From contig OX597827.1 in the NCBI GenBank assembly GCA_951406725.2, positions 35,712,001 to 35,776,000 of the forward strand: a stretch of DNA of 64,000 bases, given 5' to 3'. A program made the position numbers and the translations under genes. This document shows positions 23,276 to 36,712 of the stretch, piece after piece. The notes beneath the pieces are model-generated. The model made no database searches. It was not told where the DNA came from and saw only the letters and a program-made list of their open reading frames with translations. Within the stretch, counting starts at the first letter, position 1, and each line of letters opens with the position of its first letter. The DNA comes from Octopus vulgaris (taxonomy: Eukaryota).

Positions 23276-23683
23276 TGTTATAAATACAGTCAGACATACG
23301 ACAGAGGCAGATAGCCATCACCAGGCGAGACAGCTAGCAAGTAACTTGCACCCAGTCAAGCAGCCAACATAGAACCACATATTCAGCATGAACAACCCAA
23401 CACAGTAGCAATCACAAAAAAACATGCCCGGTTCTACATCATCACATCGACACAGTATTTCTGTTTATTTTCTTCATCGCCAACTTGAAGCAAGTTGGTA
23501 ATGTTATGTGGTGAATTTTTTGGTGTATCAAGAAGTAAATGCAAGTGTTGATTAAACAAATTATTTAAACTACAATCCGATACTTTCCCATTGCTTTATT
23601 TTGGTGTCGTCAACATGCCTATTTCATCTGCTACCTCAACATCTTTTGCTACTCCTTTCCCACTACATTTGGTGACTCCGACG
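23276..23683 (+). mobile_element. Probable orphan 5' LTR (TG...CA, ~390 bp) with a tRNA-Trp PBS
   Basis: ctaca-tt-TGGTGACTCCGACG at 23670-23683 matches the tRNA-Trp PBS TGGTGACCCCGACG with one mismatch. The LTR start is inferred. Confidence 0.5.
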
Positions 23684-23748
23684 AAGAATGACAACCCTCA
23701 CATCACACATCACTAAATCAGAATTGGAAAATTGCGATTAGTCGTCAC

Positions 23749-26700
23749 ATGATGGCTTTACCGGAACACAACCCAGCGGCGAACTCAACCACGGTCAACA
23801 TGGCATTGCAGGCAACGATTCCTTCCACCGATCCTTTTGCTACTCTGTTACTACTAAATATTGGGGGCCTATTGCATCATAATAAAAGCAAAATTTCTTT
23901 CCTGGGAGATCTTACTGCATGCAATCAAGCCCTATGCATAGCACTCATGGAAACTCACCTCAGCCCTGATATAGAGGATGCAGAAGTACACATACCAAAC
24001 TATGCCATGCTGCGAACAGACAGAAATGAAAGGAGCCATGGTGGAGTTGCTGTATACATCCGTGATGACCTCACACCCCAGGTCTTACTGTCATACTCAA
24101 ATTCGGTGTGTGACACTCTAATTGTATACATAAGACAACATAATTTAGTCATATGTAATACATATTGCCCACCAGATGCTCCAAACCATACAGGCAAGTT
24201 TGAAGATTGCTTCACAAGAATTAAAGAAATCCTCATGAAACTGGAACACCATGTGACCATATTTCTTATGGGTGATTTCAACTTCCCCAACGTCAAATGG
24301 CCCGAAGGTCTCATACTCTCAGAAATGACTCATTGCAAGCGAGCACTGGTGGAGTCCCTGCTCGACCTCACCAATGCCCTATTCATGGAGCAAGCTGTAC
24401 TCAGACCAACTAGGGCGAATAACATTCTGGATCTCTGCTTCACGAACAATATGGACATCATTCATGATGTGAAAGTGACGCCCACATTAGTATCGGATCA
24501 TAACATAATAGAGCTATCTGTTTGGGCCGAAAGTAACCAGAGACATACAGCCTAAAGGAAGCAACCGAAATCTCTCCAATCTGAACTTCTACAAAGCAGA
24601 CTGGAAATCGATCCAAAAAGAGATCCTCAGAAAGGACTGGCCGAAATGTCCCTCCACGCCAAACATTGACATGAAACTAGAATGTTTCATATCTTCTATG
24701 CAAGCCATATGCCAGAAATATGTCCCAGAGCACAAGACCAAAACAAATAGGAGCAAGATTCCAAGGGAGGAAGATCTTTATGAGACGACACTCAACCAAC
24801 ATCCCAAAAGTAGCGAAAGGTCCCGCCTAAAAACAACACTGATGGAGATTATAAAAAGGCTGCAACAATTCTATGTGAGGGAGAAAGCAGACAAAGAAGC
24901 CTGGGTTATAAAAAACATTAAGTCAAACCCAAAGGCCTTCTTTCATTATGCGAAAGAAACAGCCTCAGTACACTGCAAGATAGGACCCCTCTTCCAAAAG
25001 GATGGCTCCCTCACAGACAGTCCAACTAAGATCAGTGAAATACTGAATGACCAGTTCAAAAGTGTCTTTACCACCTCGTTGGAATACAGACAAGTGAACA
25101 TACCAGTAGGCTTATTTGCCGCCTCACCTTTAACTAGCGAGGCAGTCACGATGGAACACATTGACATTTGCGAAGAAGATATACTACTAGCCATAGATGA
25201 AGTAGACACAAACTCAACTGCTTGTCCTGATGGTTTCCCAGCAATCCTCCTCAAATCGTGCAAGCATGCCCTGGCAAAATCCCTCCAGATTCTCTTCCAC
25301 AGCTTTCTTGCAAATGGCAAACTGCCAAGCAAGCTGAAGGAGGGAATAATATACCCAATCCATTAAGAAGGAAGCAAAGCAGATGCCAAAAACTATCTCT
25401 CTGACTTCACACATGAGCAAAGTCATGGAACGGATAGTCAGAGGGAAACTAATAGCATTCCTAGAAGAAAATAACTTGCTGAGTGATACCCAGCATGGCT
25501 TTCGACCAGGTAGGAGCTGCCTGACCCAGCTCTTACAACATTATGACTGGGTGTTGAGGCAGTAACTCAACAACTCAAATGTGGACGTAATATACCTTGA
25601 TTTTGCAAAAGCTTTTGACAAGGTGGATCATGGTATGATATGCCACAAACTGTGTGTTCTTGGCATAGCTGGAAAACTTGGAGAGTGGTTACATGACTTT
25701 CTGAAAGATAGGAGTCAGGCAGTAGTGGCCAATGGAACCACCTCTATGAAAACACGCATAGTGAGCGGTGTCCCACAGGGTACTGTCTTGGGACCACTGC
25801 TTTTTATAGTGGCCCTCTCAGATATGCTCCCAAGTGCCCTGATGACCACCCTTGCAAGCTATACAATGTTGCACACCTGCAGCAGTTGGACTCAATTTAC
25901 AGATGGGCTGGGGATAATAATATGCAGTTTCATGCTGAAAAATTCCAAGCTCTGCGCTACCAGCATCCAAAACTGAATATGGAACTTACTGGGTACACTG
26001 ATCCACAGGGAATTTCAATCCCAGAGCCTAAATCAATGAGGGGAGTGATGATACCTCTTTCCAAATGCACATTACCAGGATGGCGACAAAGTGCAGACGA
26101 CTAGCTGTGTGGGTCCTGAGAACATTCAGAACCAGAGATAAGGAAACCATGATGGTCCTCTGGCGGACATTCGTCCTCAGCCGCCTGGATTACTGCTCAC
26201 GGCTATGGTCACCCACCAGTGTGAAATTAACAGCGGACCTTGAAGCGATCCAGAGAAGATTGCAACTGCTCAACTACTGAGAAAGGCTGAAACAGCTAAG
26301 ACTCTACTCCCTGGAGAGAATGCGGGAGAGGTATGCAGTAATATATATCTGGAAGATCCTGGAAGGAATTGTGCCAAATTTTGGCATTGAAATCTACACC
26401 AATGCCAGAACGGGACGACACTGCATAGTGCCAAAGATCCCAGCAACATCATCGCGCTTCAGGACCAGTTACTGCAACAGCCTGGGTTTCAGGGACCCAC
26501 AGCTGTTTAATATTCTCCCAAAGAGCCTGGGGAACCTGTACAAAGTAGATGTAGGTGTTTTTAAATCAAAGTTGTACGTCTTCCTGTCGAGAGTCCCAGA
26601 TGAACCTATCTCACGGCAAGAGGTGCAAATGAGGGTAGCTACATCAAACTCCATTCTTTATCAAGTGCGACATATTGGATGAGGCTCTCAGTAATAACAG

Positions 26701-26760
26701 TGTAGCAAAACGGCGGTGCATGAGCATGGCCGCAGCTCTGAGCTGAAACAAGAGGAAAAA
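23749..26760 (+). mobile_element. CR1-group LINE ORF2 (APE endonuclease plus RT), disrupted
   Basis: APE motifs LMETHL, GGVAVY, MGDFNFP, LDLCF, SDHN; RT motifs QHGFRPGRSC, YLDFAKAFDKVDH, GVPQGTVLGPLLF, SRLDYCS; several stops and frameshifts. Confidence 0.92.
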
Positions 26761-26767
26761 ATATATG

Positions 26768-26820
<53 letters not shown>

Positions 26821-27235
26821 ACAAATTGAGATAGGGGTTGTAAATGCAACCCTCCATGGGATAACATATATCCAATATACTGCTAGTGAAGTACCCAACA
26901 AAGTTAATACATAAATGTTAATGATTGCGATGCAATCAATTCATTTACGGTATTATATGGGCAATGGTAAAATGATTTACCACAAATTACTAATACAAGA
27001 TAAGAAAATGGAGAAATACATCTAAATCAAATATCAATTACCAGATAATACTCAATCACATACTTTATTAAACCACCACATAAGAGACTGTAGAGTTAAA
27101 TATAAAAAGCAGAACAAATCAGTGTACATAAAGGAACGTACATAAAAAAGTGTACATAAAAGAGTAATGTTGTATAATAAGTAGAATATATATAAAAGAG
27201 AATATAAATATAAGTAAATATAAATATAAGTATAG

Positions 27236-27375
27236 ATTACATCTTACAGCTGTTTCGGCCATGTAGATAAGTATGTCTCATTTTACCAATATTAGCCCTT
27301 TATGGTAGGTCAATATATAGATATAAATGAGACATTTACAAAAATATCATAAGGCCTCTTCGGAGATTATGTAAT
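27236..27375 (-). ncRNA. Type I hammerhead ribozyme motif with long stem II (core CCGAAGA variant)
   Basis: Minus strand attacataatct-CCGAAGA-ggcc...ggcc-GAAA-cagctg-TA-agatgtaat. Confidence 0.7.
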
Positions 27376-28503
27376 ATAAATCGGTCTACATATATACCCA
27401 CATGGGTGTGGGTGCATACCCATAATACAACATATACATATACATATGAGTGCATATACTCACACTCTTATACATATAAAAATATACATATACATAATGA
27501 TATAAATAAATAATATAAATTAGTAAACATATATATGTGTTCCACATTCAATGTCTCAGTTTTTCGACTTAATATTGTGATAATAAACATACACAAATTA
27601 GTACCTAGATGCAAATATACATAGTCAATAGTACATTATATTACTTCATACTAATTTCTAAAGTGTCATTAAAGTTAGCATCATTATCGTTGTCAATACC
27701 ATTAATGTTACCATTATTATCATTCATAATATTATTAATAACGCTTACATTAGGATCCAGAGCGCTATATATGTATGTCCGGGTTCCAGTTAGTAATTTT
27801 CCTTATGACATAAATACACTATTGGATTTGAATTTAAAATTATCATTATTTTCCTCACGGTTGGTCAATTGAGAGCCGCCCGACCTCCACCACACCGCAC
27901 AAGCAAAACATACACATCCACATCTAACCTTAAACCCACACATCCACAGAGAAACTCACACACACATGCACACACACATGAATACACCCCGACACATCTC
28001 TACACATTCACTAAATTGCAGAGTGCATGTCTGTCATCGCATGGCCTATAGACAAATCAGTACAGGCAGCAGTGTCTAACACTAACACACACACTCACAC
28101 GCACATCCGTATATACGCATAAATATTAATACACTTTCCTATACTGTGTCAGGGAACTTTCGCACACACATATATATATATATATATTTAAATATATATC
28201 TGCGCACTCATACGTACAAATAAAACCTATATTTATATCCACCCATGAATAAGTATTCACATATACATATATACATATCCAAGTACGCACCTGCGTGCTC
28301 ATATGTGTAATAAAAACATACATCCGTACATCCACCCACGATCATACCTATATGTACAAAAACATACATACGTACACATACACATTTTCACACACCTACA
28401 GAAGTTACTATTAATTTAGAATAAGTTTATTAATTATAAATTAAATTAATTATAGATTAGTAAGTGCCAAATAAACAAAAATAAATAATTAAATAAATAA
28501 ATA

Positions 28504-28554
<51 letters not shown>

Positions 28555-29262
28555 ATGTATAGATAAATAGATAAATAAAATGGAATACAAATTAAGGAGG
28601 GCACAAAGATAAACCTAATATAGTAAGTATAAGTGGATACGCCGAATGCACCCACATGCACATACATGTGCATGCACGCCCCCGCGCGGACACGCGAGTT
28701 CATGGCCGGGCACACCCGCACACGTCCCTCTCGCACACACGATCACCAAGATACACACAAGAACACACGTACAAGTACACGCGAATGTCCGCAAGCACAG
28801 CGCGAGAGTGCACACGTTAATGCACATGCACGGACGCGCACGCGTACGCTGGCGCACAAACTCCGGTATAGCGCTACCCGAGCCCACGCCTGTGCCGCAG
28901 AAATCGCACAACCCCCAACAAACCAACCGTAAAAAAAAAGCCCATCTTATATGCTCATCGAGATAAACAGCTTATAGTAATTATAGACTCTCACATATTA
29001 CATATTGGTATAGCAAAAACTCAAACTAGTGCCCTAAGATATGATGCGCATATACATCTTACACCTATAAAAGACTCTGTGGGGTTCCGAATATCATGAA
29101 TATATCAGAATAACTATATATTTTTGTATATTTTTCCAGTCGGAACAGAAACAATCAATGTAGAACACATACATGGAGTCACAAAAGTTATAAATTATAA
29201 ATTGTAAGGACCAATAGTACAGTCCTATATAGATGAATGCTAAAAGATTACTGGTAGAAGAA

Positions 29263-31780
29263 TTAGATGTTATTTAAATCTAGAGAAAGTGTACGCCAAT
29301 TTGTGAAGGCAAAAAAATTTCGCTCATTAATGCTGTTAATAATGGGTTGGCCGGCTTTGATGATGAAGAAAATTTCATTGGTACATAAAGAGCATTTTTT
29401 ATTTCTACTATTGTATACAGGTGCAGATGTTAGTATTTCCCAATCTAATTTAAAATCTATGTTCTTACTCTTGAGTTCCCAGATATATGTACTTAACCCC
29501 GTAGAGTTCATCCTATTTTTATTTTTAAAAGTATATCTATGATAGTTTAGCCGTTGTTTTATACTATTTTTAGTCGCACCAATGTACACCCTGCTATTAT
29601 ATTGTGTATTTACAGTGCATTGGTAAACCACCTCTCTCCTCAGGCATTTATTACCAAACGCACATTGATTCTTGCTTCTGCAATTGCAGCCATTAACAGA
29701 TTGAGGAGATTTAACCCTGGCAGAAATCCCCGTAGCCCTATTTCTGTTGATATTATTGCACTTATTTTCACTACTACCCATATTTATCTTTCTATCATTA
29801 TAGAAGCAATCCAATTTCTTGTTGTTGAAGGAGGAGATGATGGTGGCTAGATTATTCGTGATACTATATCCTATTCTAATAGTTCTATTGTTAATTATTT
29901 GGCTAAATTTATTCTTACCCTTAGTAAATAGTCTATATATTACTTTATGTATAGTTCTGACTATATCCGTTTTAATCTGCATTGCATATGGTATTATTAG
30001 CCATAGTGTATCGTCATCACTATGTGGATTACTCCTCAAGTTGTTATTCTTGGGAAAAACTCTATTATTCTTCCAACCCATATGCTTTCTACTCTTAGTA
30101 TTGTCAATATAATGCCTAGAATTCCCCTTTAGATTGGTTTTATTAGTGACTTTATTGTTATTCTTATTCTTCTTATTATTATTGTTTAGATGAACTCCAC
30201 TATCACCATAAATATTATCAATGTTACTATGCCTATTGTTAATATCCCTACTCCTAATAGTTCCACCTGTGTTCGAAGGATTATTATTGGGTATATACCA
30301 AATTTTATTTTTGTAGCCTGCCTTCAGCAGTGCCGTGTTGTATTTTTCACAATGCTTATTGAATATGTCCTCGTTTGAGGATAGATAAGAGATTCTCTGA
30401 CTAATACTTCGTACCAGTAACTTTTTAATTTGAGGGGGGGTGATTGCTAGAGTAGTTTATATATACTAAGTTAGAATTAGGTTTAATATACGGCTCATGC
30501 ATTCCATTAGTAAGGTTGCAATTGACATCTAAATAATTGGCAGAGTAGTTTTCATTTTCAATAACTATGGATAAGCCAAAACTTTTAAAGAATTTATGTA
30601 GTCGTTTTTTCAGTAATTCTAGCCTCCTATTAGATGTGTTTCTGACTAGAAATAAAGCGTCGTCCCTATATAGTCCGCCCTTTAATTCAGGGAATTCCCT
30701 ATTAAGGTTATCGAGTAGATACATCCCCACTAGATCCGTCACTTCCGCTGAATCCGGCGAGCCCATGGCGATGTCAAATAAATTGGGTGTGTCTTTTCTA
30801 GCCCATAGTTTGTTATCAAACTCTATTAATGTTTTTCTAGCTGTTAAGATAACCTTTATCTCCCCCATACTTAAGTTGGTATGTTTCCTAGCAAAAATTA
30901 AAGCCTTATTTAGTATAATAGGGTTAATGGAGGAGTAGTAATTTTGTATATCAAATTGGATAAATTTATTGCTACTGTTATCACTAACCTGAATTGTAGA
31001 GAACCAATCCAATGCACCCTGGGTGTTTTTCCATAGGCTGAGTTTAATCTTGTTACGTATAGTTGGTAAGTATTTGTCTAGAATAAGTTTATTCAATTTA
31101 CCTAAGTCTGACTTGGTAGGGCAAATCAGTCTGACCTGAGTGTTACCAAGGAAGTTTTCCTTATGGTCTTTAAGTGTAATTCTCGGTCTCATGGGGGTAT
31201 AAGGTTCGGTTTTATCTTCCAGATAATAATCAAACATTATATCTCTTATCTCTAAGTTTAGTTCCCTAAGTGTATTGAAAGGTACAGTTTTATACTTCTT
31301 TGTAATTTCTTTATGCAATAGTTCATGGTATGTGAGGATGTCAATATTATAAATGTTACTAGTTTTATCAGAATGGGTTAAAATACCATCCTTACCCTTA
31401 AGAGTTCTTATTAGTTCCTTTAACCTCCTCTGGTGTGGGTTATTCCTCAATGGGTGATTTTTAAATTTTATATTCTTGATGGTGTCCCATAATTCCTGTT
31501 CAAAGTTATCCAGGTGTTTATTTGGTGGTGGAGATTTCCTAGATTTAAATGCGTTGCCAGTTAGTTTGATTATTTCCTCATAGGTATTTCCTGTACCATT
31601 GCGGGTGGCCTCGTTCCTACATTCTTGGTTTATTTTGCTATCACTGTTTTCGTGGTGGAAAATCTTCCATCTTATCATGTGAATGAAGTCATTAATTCTA
31701 TAAATTAGCTCTTTGGTGTAGTGGTCCTTAGTAGGGATAGGTACATCCTTCATTGATGAATTGATTAGTATTTTCTCCAT
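29263..31780 (-). CDS. PLE reverse transcriptase and GIY-YIG polyprotein, split by a 1-bp frameshift in a C7 run near 30434-30440
   Basis: SMKDVPIP, IRWK, SDKT, FDIQNYY, AMGS, GLYRDDAL, YLDV; then CNCRSKNQC, VVYQC...YIGAT, CSLCTNE. The shifted frame is open from 30440 into ORF 29263-30081. Confidence 0.88.
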
Positions 31781-32561
31781 TTTACCAGCAGTAATGATCT
31801 TTCAGGAATAAATGTACTATACTTGGGTGTATTCACATACACTCTCAGTACTTAGAGTAATGAGTGGATGCTTCAAGTATACAAGCATTAGCAATTCATA
31901 TTCCTCAGAAAGTTAACTATAGTTACAAATTGAGATAGGGGTTGTAAATGCAACCCTCCATGGGATAACATATATCCAATATACTGCTAGTGAAGTACTC
32001 AACAAAGTTAATACATAAATGTTAATGATTGCGATGCAATCAATTCATTTACTGTATTATATGGGCAAAGGTAAAATGATTTACCACAAATTACTAATAC
32101 AAGATAAGAAAATGGAGAAATACATCTAAATCAAATATCAATTACCAGATAATACTCAATCACATACTTTATTAAACCACCACATAAGAGACTGTAGGGT
32201 TAAATATAAAAAGCAGAACAAATCAGTGTACATAAAGGAATGTACATAAAAAAGTGTACATAAATGAGTAATGTTGTATAATAAATAGAATATATATAAA
32301 AGAGAATATAAATATAAGTATAGATTACATCTTACAGCTGTTTACTTATATTTATATTCTCTTTTATATATATTCTATTTATTATACAACATTACTCTTT
32401 TATGTACACTTTTTTATGTACATTCCTTTATGTACACTGATTTGTTCTGCTTTTTATATTTAACCCTACAGTCTCTTATGTGGTGGTTTAATAAAGTATG
32501 TGATTGAGTATTATCTGGTAATTGATATTTGATTTAGATGTATTTCTCCATTTATTTATCT

Positions 32562-32635
<74 letters not shown>

Positions 32636-32746
32636 TTGTACTAGATATATTATATACATATTATATGTTCTATATATTTATATATATATTATATATGTAT
32701 AGTGTATTAGATATATATTATATACATATATATATTATATATATTA

Positions 32747-33010
32747 TCTAGTATATAAAATCCGTTCTGTGTGTGTGTGTGTCTTCTAGGTTCTCGGGCA
32801 TCCTCCATCCGATTGCGCTCAAATTTGATATGTAGATACCGACGGTATCAGGGCGTGTATAAGTCTTGAAAAAATTACAAAAATCGATTCCACGTGAGAA
32901 TTCGATAGATAAAGCCGTGGGAACGTGCATTTGTACGCGCAAGTACATCAGCTGTTGCGATTGATACTACGCGTACACGAGAAAAATGCACGTGCAGTTT
33001 GCGCAAAAAG
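32747..33010 (+). mobile_element. Helitron-like 5' fragment
   Basis: TCTAGTATATAAAA start, then (TG)n and ccgattgcgctcaaatttg; no 3' CTAG end seen. Confidence 0.5.
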
Positions 33011-33059
33011 AGCCGGCTGTCTTCAAATAATGCCACAAATGCAGTATATTTAAGAGACC

Positions 33060-34808
33060 AAAAAAGTAAGATGCTAAAGATATATTTTCTTCAAACTTGG
33101 CATGAAGGAAGGAAAGACTAGTTGGTTTCTCAAGAAGTTTTTTTTTGTTTTTGCCTTAACTTCGTTTGACAAAACCAAAAACCCTACGATTGATTTGCAA
33201 AATTCAGAAGTGGAGATTTCAGCCTTGAAGATGAAGATCGAACAAGACGTCCAGTAGAGTTTGATGATAAGCTCCCTGAGGCATTATTTGATGAAAATCC
33301 TGCATTATCAGTTGAAGAATTCATACAACTCTTCATCGTCATCTTCAACTACTTGGAAACTAAAAGAGTTTTATTGGATTGTTCGGAAAGTTCGTGCCGA
33401 TTTTTAAAAGATAGAAAAAGATCAATAAATATTTGCCATTACATTTTTAATCAACCAAATATGAACCATTTTGTTGCACAATGCCTCTCCATCTTTCCTT
33501 TAACTTGAAAATACCCTCTTCTCAGAATTGAGGTGGTTTCATGGCAAAGAATTCATCAAGGTATCTTTTTACGTCATCCAAGGAATTGAAATTTTTACCA
33601 TTAAGACTATTCTGCAGAGACCTGAATAAGTGGAAATCCGAAGGAGCAATATCTGGTGAATATGGAGGGTGGGGTAACACATCCGAGCCGAGCTGCAGCA
33701 ATTTTTGTCTGGTTCCCAAAGAAACGTGCGGTCTTGCATTATCATGTTGGAAAACAACACCATTCCTGTTGGCCAATTCTGGACGTTTCTCTTCAATTGC
33801 TGCTTTTAACTCGTCCAGTTGTGTGCAGTATTTCTCAGAATTAATTGTCTGGTTACTTGGGAAAAGCTCATAGTACAGAATTCCTTTCCAATCCCACAAG
33901 ACAGAAAGCAAGAAATTTTTAGGATGAAGACCCGCATTTGGGGTGGCTAAGGGTTACTCATGTCGCTTACTCCAGGATCACTTTCTCTGAACATTTCGGT
34001 AGATAATCCATTTCTCATCACCTGTCACAATTTTCTTTAAAAAAGGCACGTTTTCATTCCATTTATAAAGTGAATCACAGATGGAAATGCGATCCAAAAG
34101 GTTCTTCTCACACAACTTATGTGGTACCCAAACATTGTTGCGATTTGTGTACCCAAGCTTTACCAGGTGCTCATGAACGACAGATTTTGATAGGTTGAAG
34201 CTTTCTGCCAATTCTCGGGTTGTGCAATGTGAGTTATTCTCAATGAATGACTTGATTTGGTCATCATCTGTAGTGGATGGTCTGTCTGATCACTCTTTAT
34301 CAATAAGGCTACAATCTCCAGCTCGGAACCTTGCGAACCACTTCCGTACAATTCTTTCAGGATAAAGAAACATCACCGTAAACTGCGCATGTTTCTTTGG
34401 TTGCTTGTGAGGCATTTTCCCTTTACGGAAAAAGAAAAGCATCAAGTGCCGAAAATGAACTTTCTTTTCTCCATTTTAACGGGTTATAGAATTAACACAG
34501 GTTATAGGAATATAAACCTTCTTCCACGAAAAGATAGCTTAAACTGTGCTCTAAATGGAGGTGTAGTCAAATCCTATTTTAAGGATTCAACCATATTCTA
34601 AAATAAGTGGAAAGGTAAGCTACTATAAATCGGCGCGAACTTTCCGGACAACCCAATACATTGATGGAATTAAAAAGCTTGTAAATAGATAGAAGGAAGT
34701 CATAGATAATCAGGAAAAGTACATTGATGATTAAATTTCAATTAAATACATTTGATCACTTGGTTTCTTTATTCAAAATTCGGACAGAACTTATGGGATG
34801 ACCTGATT
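33060..34808 (+). mobile_element. Older, internally deleted mariner element interrupted by a younger mariner
   Basis: FAKFRSGDFSLEDEDRTRRPVEFDD near 33195-33270; C-terminal GIKKLVNR*KEVIDNQEKYIDD* and TIR-like cggacagaacttatgggatgacctga at 34660-34806. Confidence 0.7.
33374..34656 (-). mobile_element. Full-length mariner (DD34D) transposon, 1283 bp, transposase disrupted
   Basis: TIRs ttggattgttcggaaagttcgtgccgattt and aaatcggcgcgaactttccggacaacccaa; TA on both sides; WVPHKL, IVTGDEKW, HDNARPH, YSPDIAPSDFHLF. Confidence 0.95.
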
Positions 34809-34816
34809 TATATATA

Positions 34817-34852
<36 letters not shown>

Positions 34853-34945
34853 TGTATGTATGTATGTTCTTTCCTGAGCGTCCAATAATACTTTATTTGT
34901 TCCACATCCTTGCGTTGTTGTCTTTTTGTTTTCTTGTTTGGATTA

Positions 34946-34994
<49 letters not shown>

Positions 34995-35149
34995 AGCAAA
35001 CACTATATGAGAGAGGTTTTCTTTAAGTATTAGAAATAGTTTTAAAAAAGTTTTTTAGCTGCTATTTCTAATGAGTTCAGTATGCGGCAAAGTAATTTAT
35101 TTTACTAAGCCCTTTTATATATATATATATATATATATATCGCATTGTG

Positions 35150-35800
35150 TGTATCCCCCTTTTCTTGCTCATTTACTCATCTGTTTCATCCACCACCTGA
35201 CTCATCAACTTTTCCATTTAATTACCACAATTTAAGTACGCAAACTGCTCTCACTGCCCCACATCTCCCTTAACTCCCAGTCCCCACTATAATCTACTCC
35301 ACTTCCCATCTCTAATGCTCCTTTCCTCTTCTCTCATTCCTGCTCCACGTCTCTCTCTGTTGTCACCCTCCCCCTGACTTACCTCTTTCCGAAGCTGAGT
35401 GTTCCATTTTTAGTAGAGGGCCTATGTTTTTTTAACATCCACCAGTAAAGGATTCTGAATCCGTGCTGTGGTCGACAGTCTCCGTGCCGAGGTCGACAGT
35501 CTCCGTGACGAGGTCGACAGTCTCCGTGCCGCATCAAACTATGCACTTCTTATGATTTCCCACCTCCTGCACGGAATGCCTCCGATTGCTTCACCAGCTT
35601 GGCCCACCGACTACCAAGCCTGTTCAGTACCCTGGATCTATTTACAGAAGCCTGTCACTGTGCAGTTGACTGCTTCGACTTCGGATAGCGTTCCCGACGC
35701 ACCAGCATTTCCCGGGCTGAACTCATCGCTGTGACTATGTCGCCATCAAACCGGCTGACAAGGGTGACACAGTGGTGGTGTCGAAGGTGAGCGACATCTC
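35150..35800 (+). mobile_element. Penelope-like 5' fragment with a 21-bp x3 minisatellite (35470-35531)
   Basis: VAIKPADKGDTVVV near 35738-35782 (PLE DKG motif); ggtcgacagtctccgtg(c/a)cga three times. Confidence 0.5.
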
Positions 35801-35884
35801 CGGAACATAGGCTACAAGTAGTTGCATAACCAATGTGCATAATTGTGCAAGCATAAATTTACCTTATCAAAATTCAGGTGGGTT

Positions 35885-36290
35885 AAAGCGGCGAGCTGGC
35901 AGAAACGCTAGCACGCCGGGCGAAATGTTTAGCGGCGTTTCGTCTGTCTTTAAATTCCACTGAGGTCGAATCTGCTTTTCATCCTTTCGGGGTCGATAAA
36001 TTAAGTACAGTTGCGTGCTGGGGTCGATGTAATCGACTGTCCTCCTCCCTCTCCCAAAATTTCGGGTTTTGTGCCTAGAGTAGAAAAGAATTGTTAGCAC
36101 GCCAGGCAAATTGCTTAGCGGCACTTCGTCCGCTTTTACATTCTGAGTTAAAATTCCGCCGAGAACGACTTTGCATTCATCCTTTAAGGGTCGATAAAAT
36201 AAGTATCATTTGAGTACTGCAGTCCATGTAATCGACTTTCCACATTCCTTAGAACTTGCTGGCCTGATGTCAAAATTTGAAACCAATATT
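35885..36290 (+). mobile_element. Two tandem SINEs with different tails
   Basis: Shared head and core; tails cctagagtagaaaaga and aaaatttgaaaccaatatt. Confidence 0.85.
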
Positions 36291-36712
36291 CAGACGCGTT
36301 CCTTTACACTCAGAAATCAAATCGTGAGAGATACGACTTGTTAAATGTTGATAATGTATCAGTCAAGAAATGGGGTTGACATAAAAATCCACTCTGTCCA
36401 TCCCCTGTAATTTCAGGTATTTTGTACAGTGAGAAATGAATCAGTTCATTATTGTTAATGCTACTGTTGCTACTGCTTGTGGGTGTAGTAGTAGTAGTAG
36501 TAGTAGTAGTAGTTGTAGTTGTTGTTGTTGTTGTTGTTGTTGTTGTTGAACTTCTCTTCATCCTCTTCTCCTTCTTCTTCACCCCTCCTCCTTTTCCACT
36601 TTCTTTGCCTTCTTTTCTCCCCCTCTTCATCCTCCTTTCTTTTTTACTTTGTTTGTTTTCCTCTATTCTTTTTTTTTTTTTTGCAGAGTGGGATTTACCT
36701 CCCCAAAAGATA

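Larger units (their letters stand above)
26820..32566 (-). mobile_element. Near-intact Penelope-like element (probably Nematis clade) with direct pseudo-LTRs and a 5' inverted pLTR segment
   Basis: Direct repeat 26820-27254 and 31925-32343; inverted copy 32343-32566 of 32098-32319; flanked by (TA)n; RT plus C-terminal GIY-YIG. Confidence 0.92.

Noticed and set aside
29263-31780. Selenoprotein-type (Naiad) PLE
   Set aside because: The endonuclease is C-terminal and the ORF break is a frameshift, not an in-frame TGA.
35470-35531. CRISPR-like short repeats
   Set aside because: Contiguous 21-bp tandem units with no spacers, no cas genes, and a eukaryotic context.
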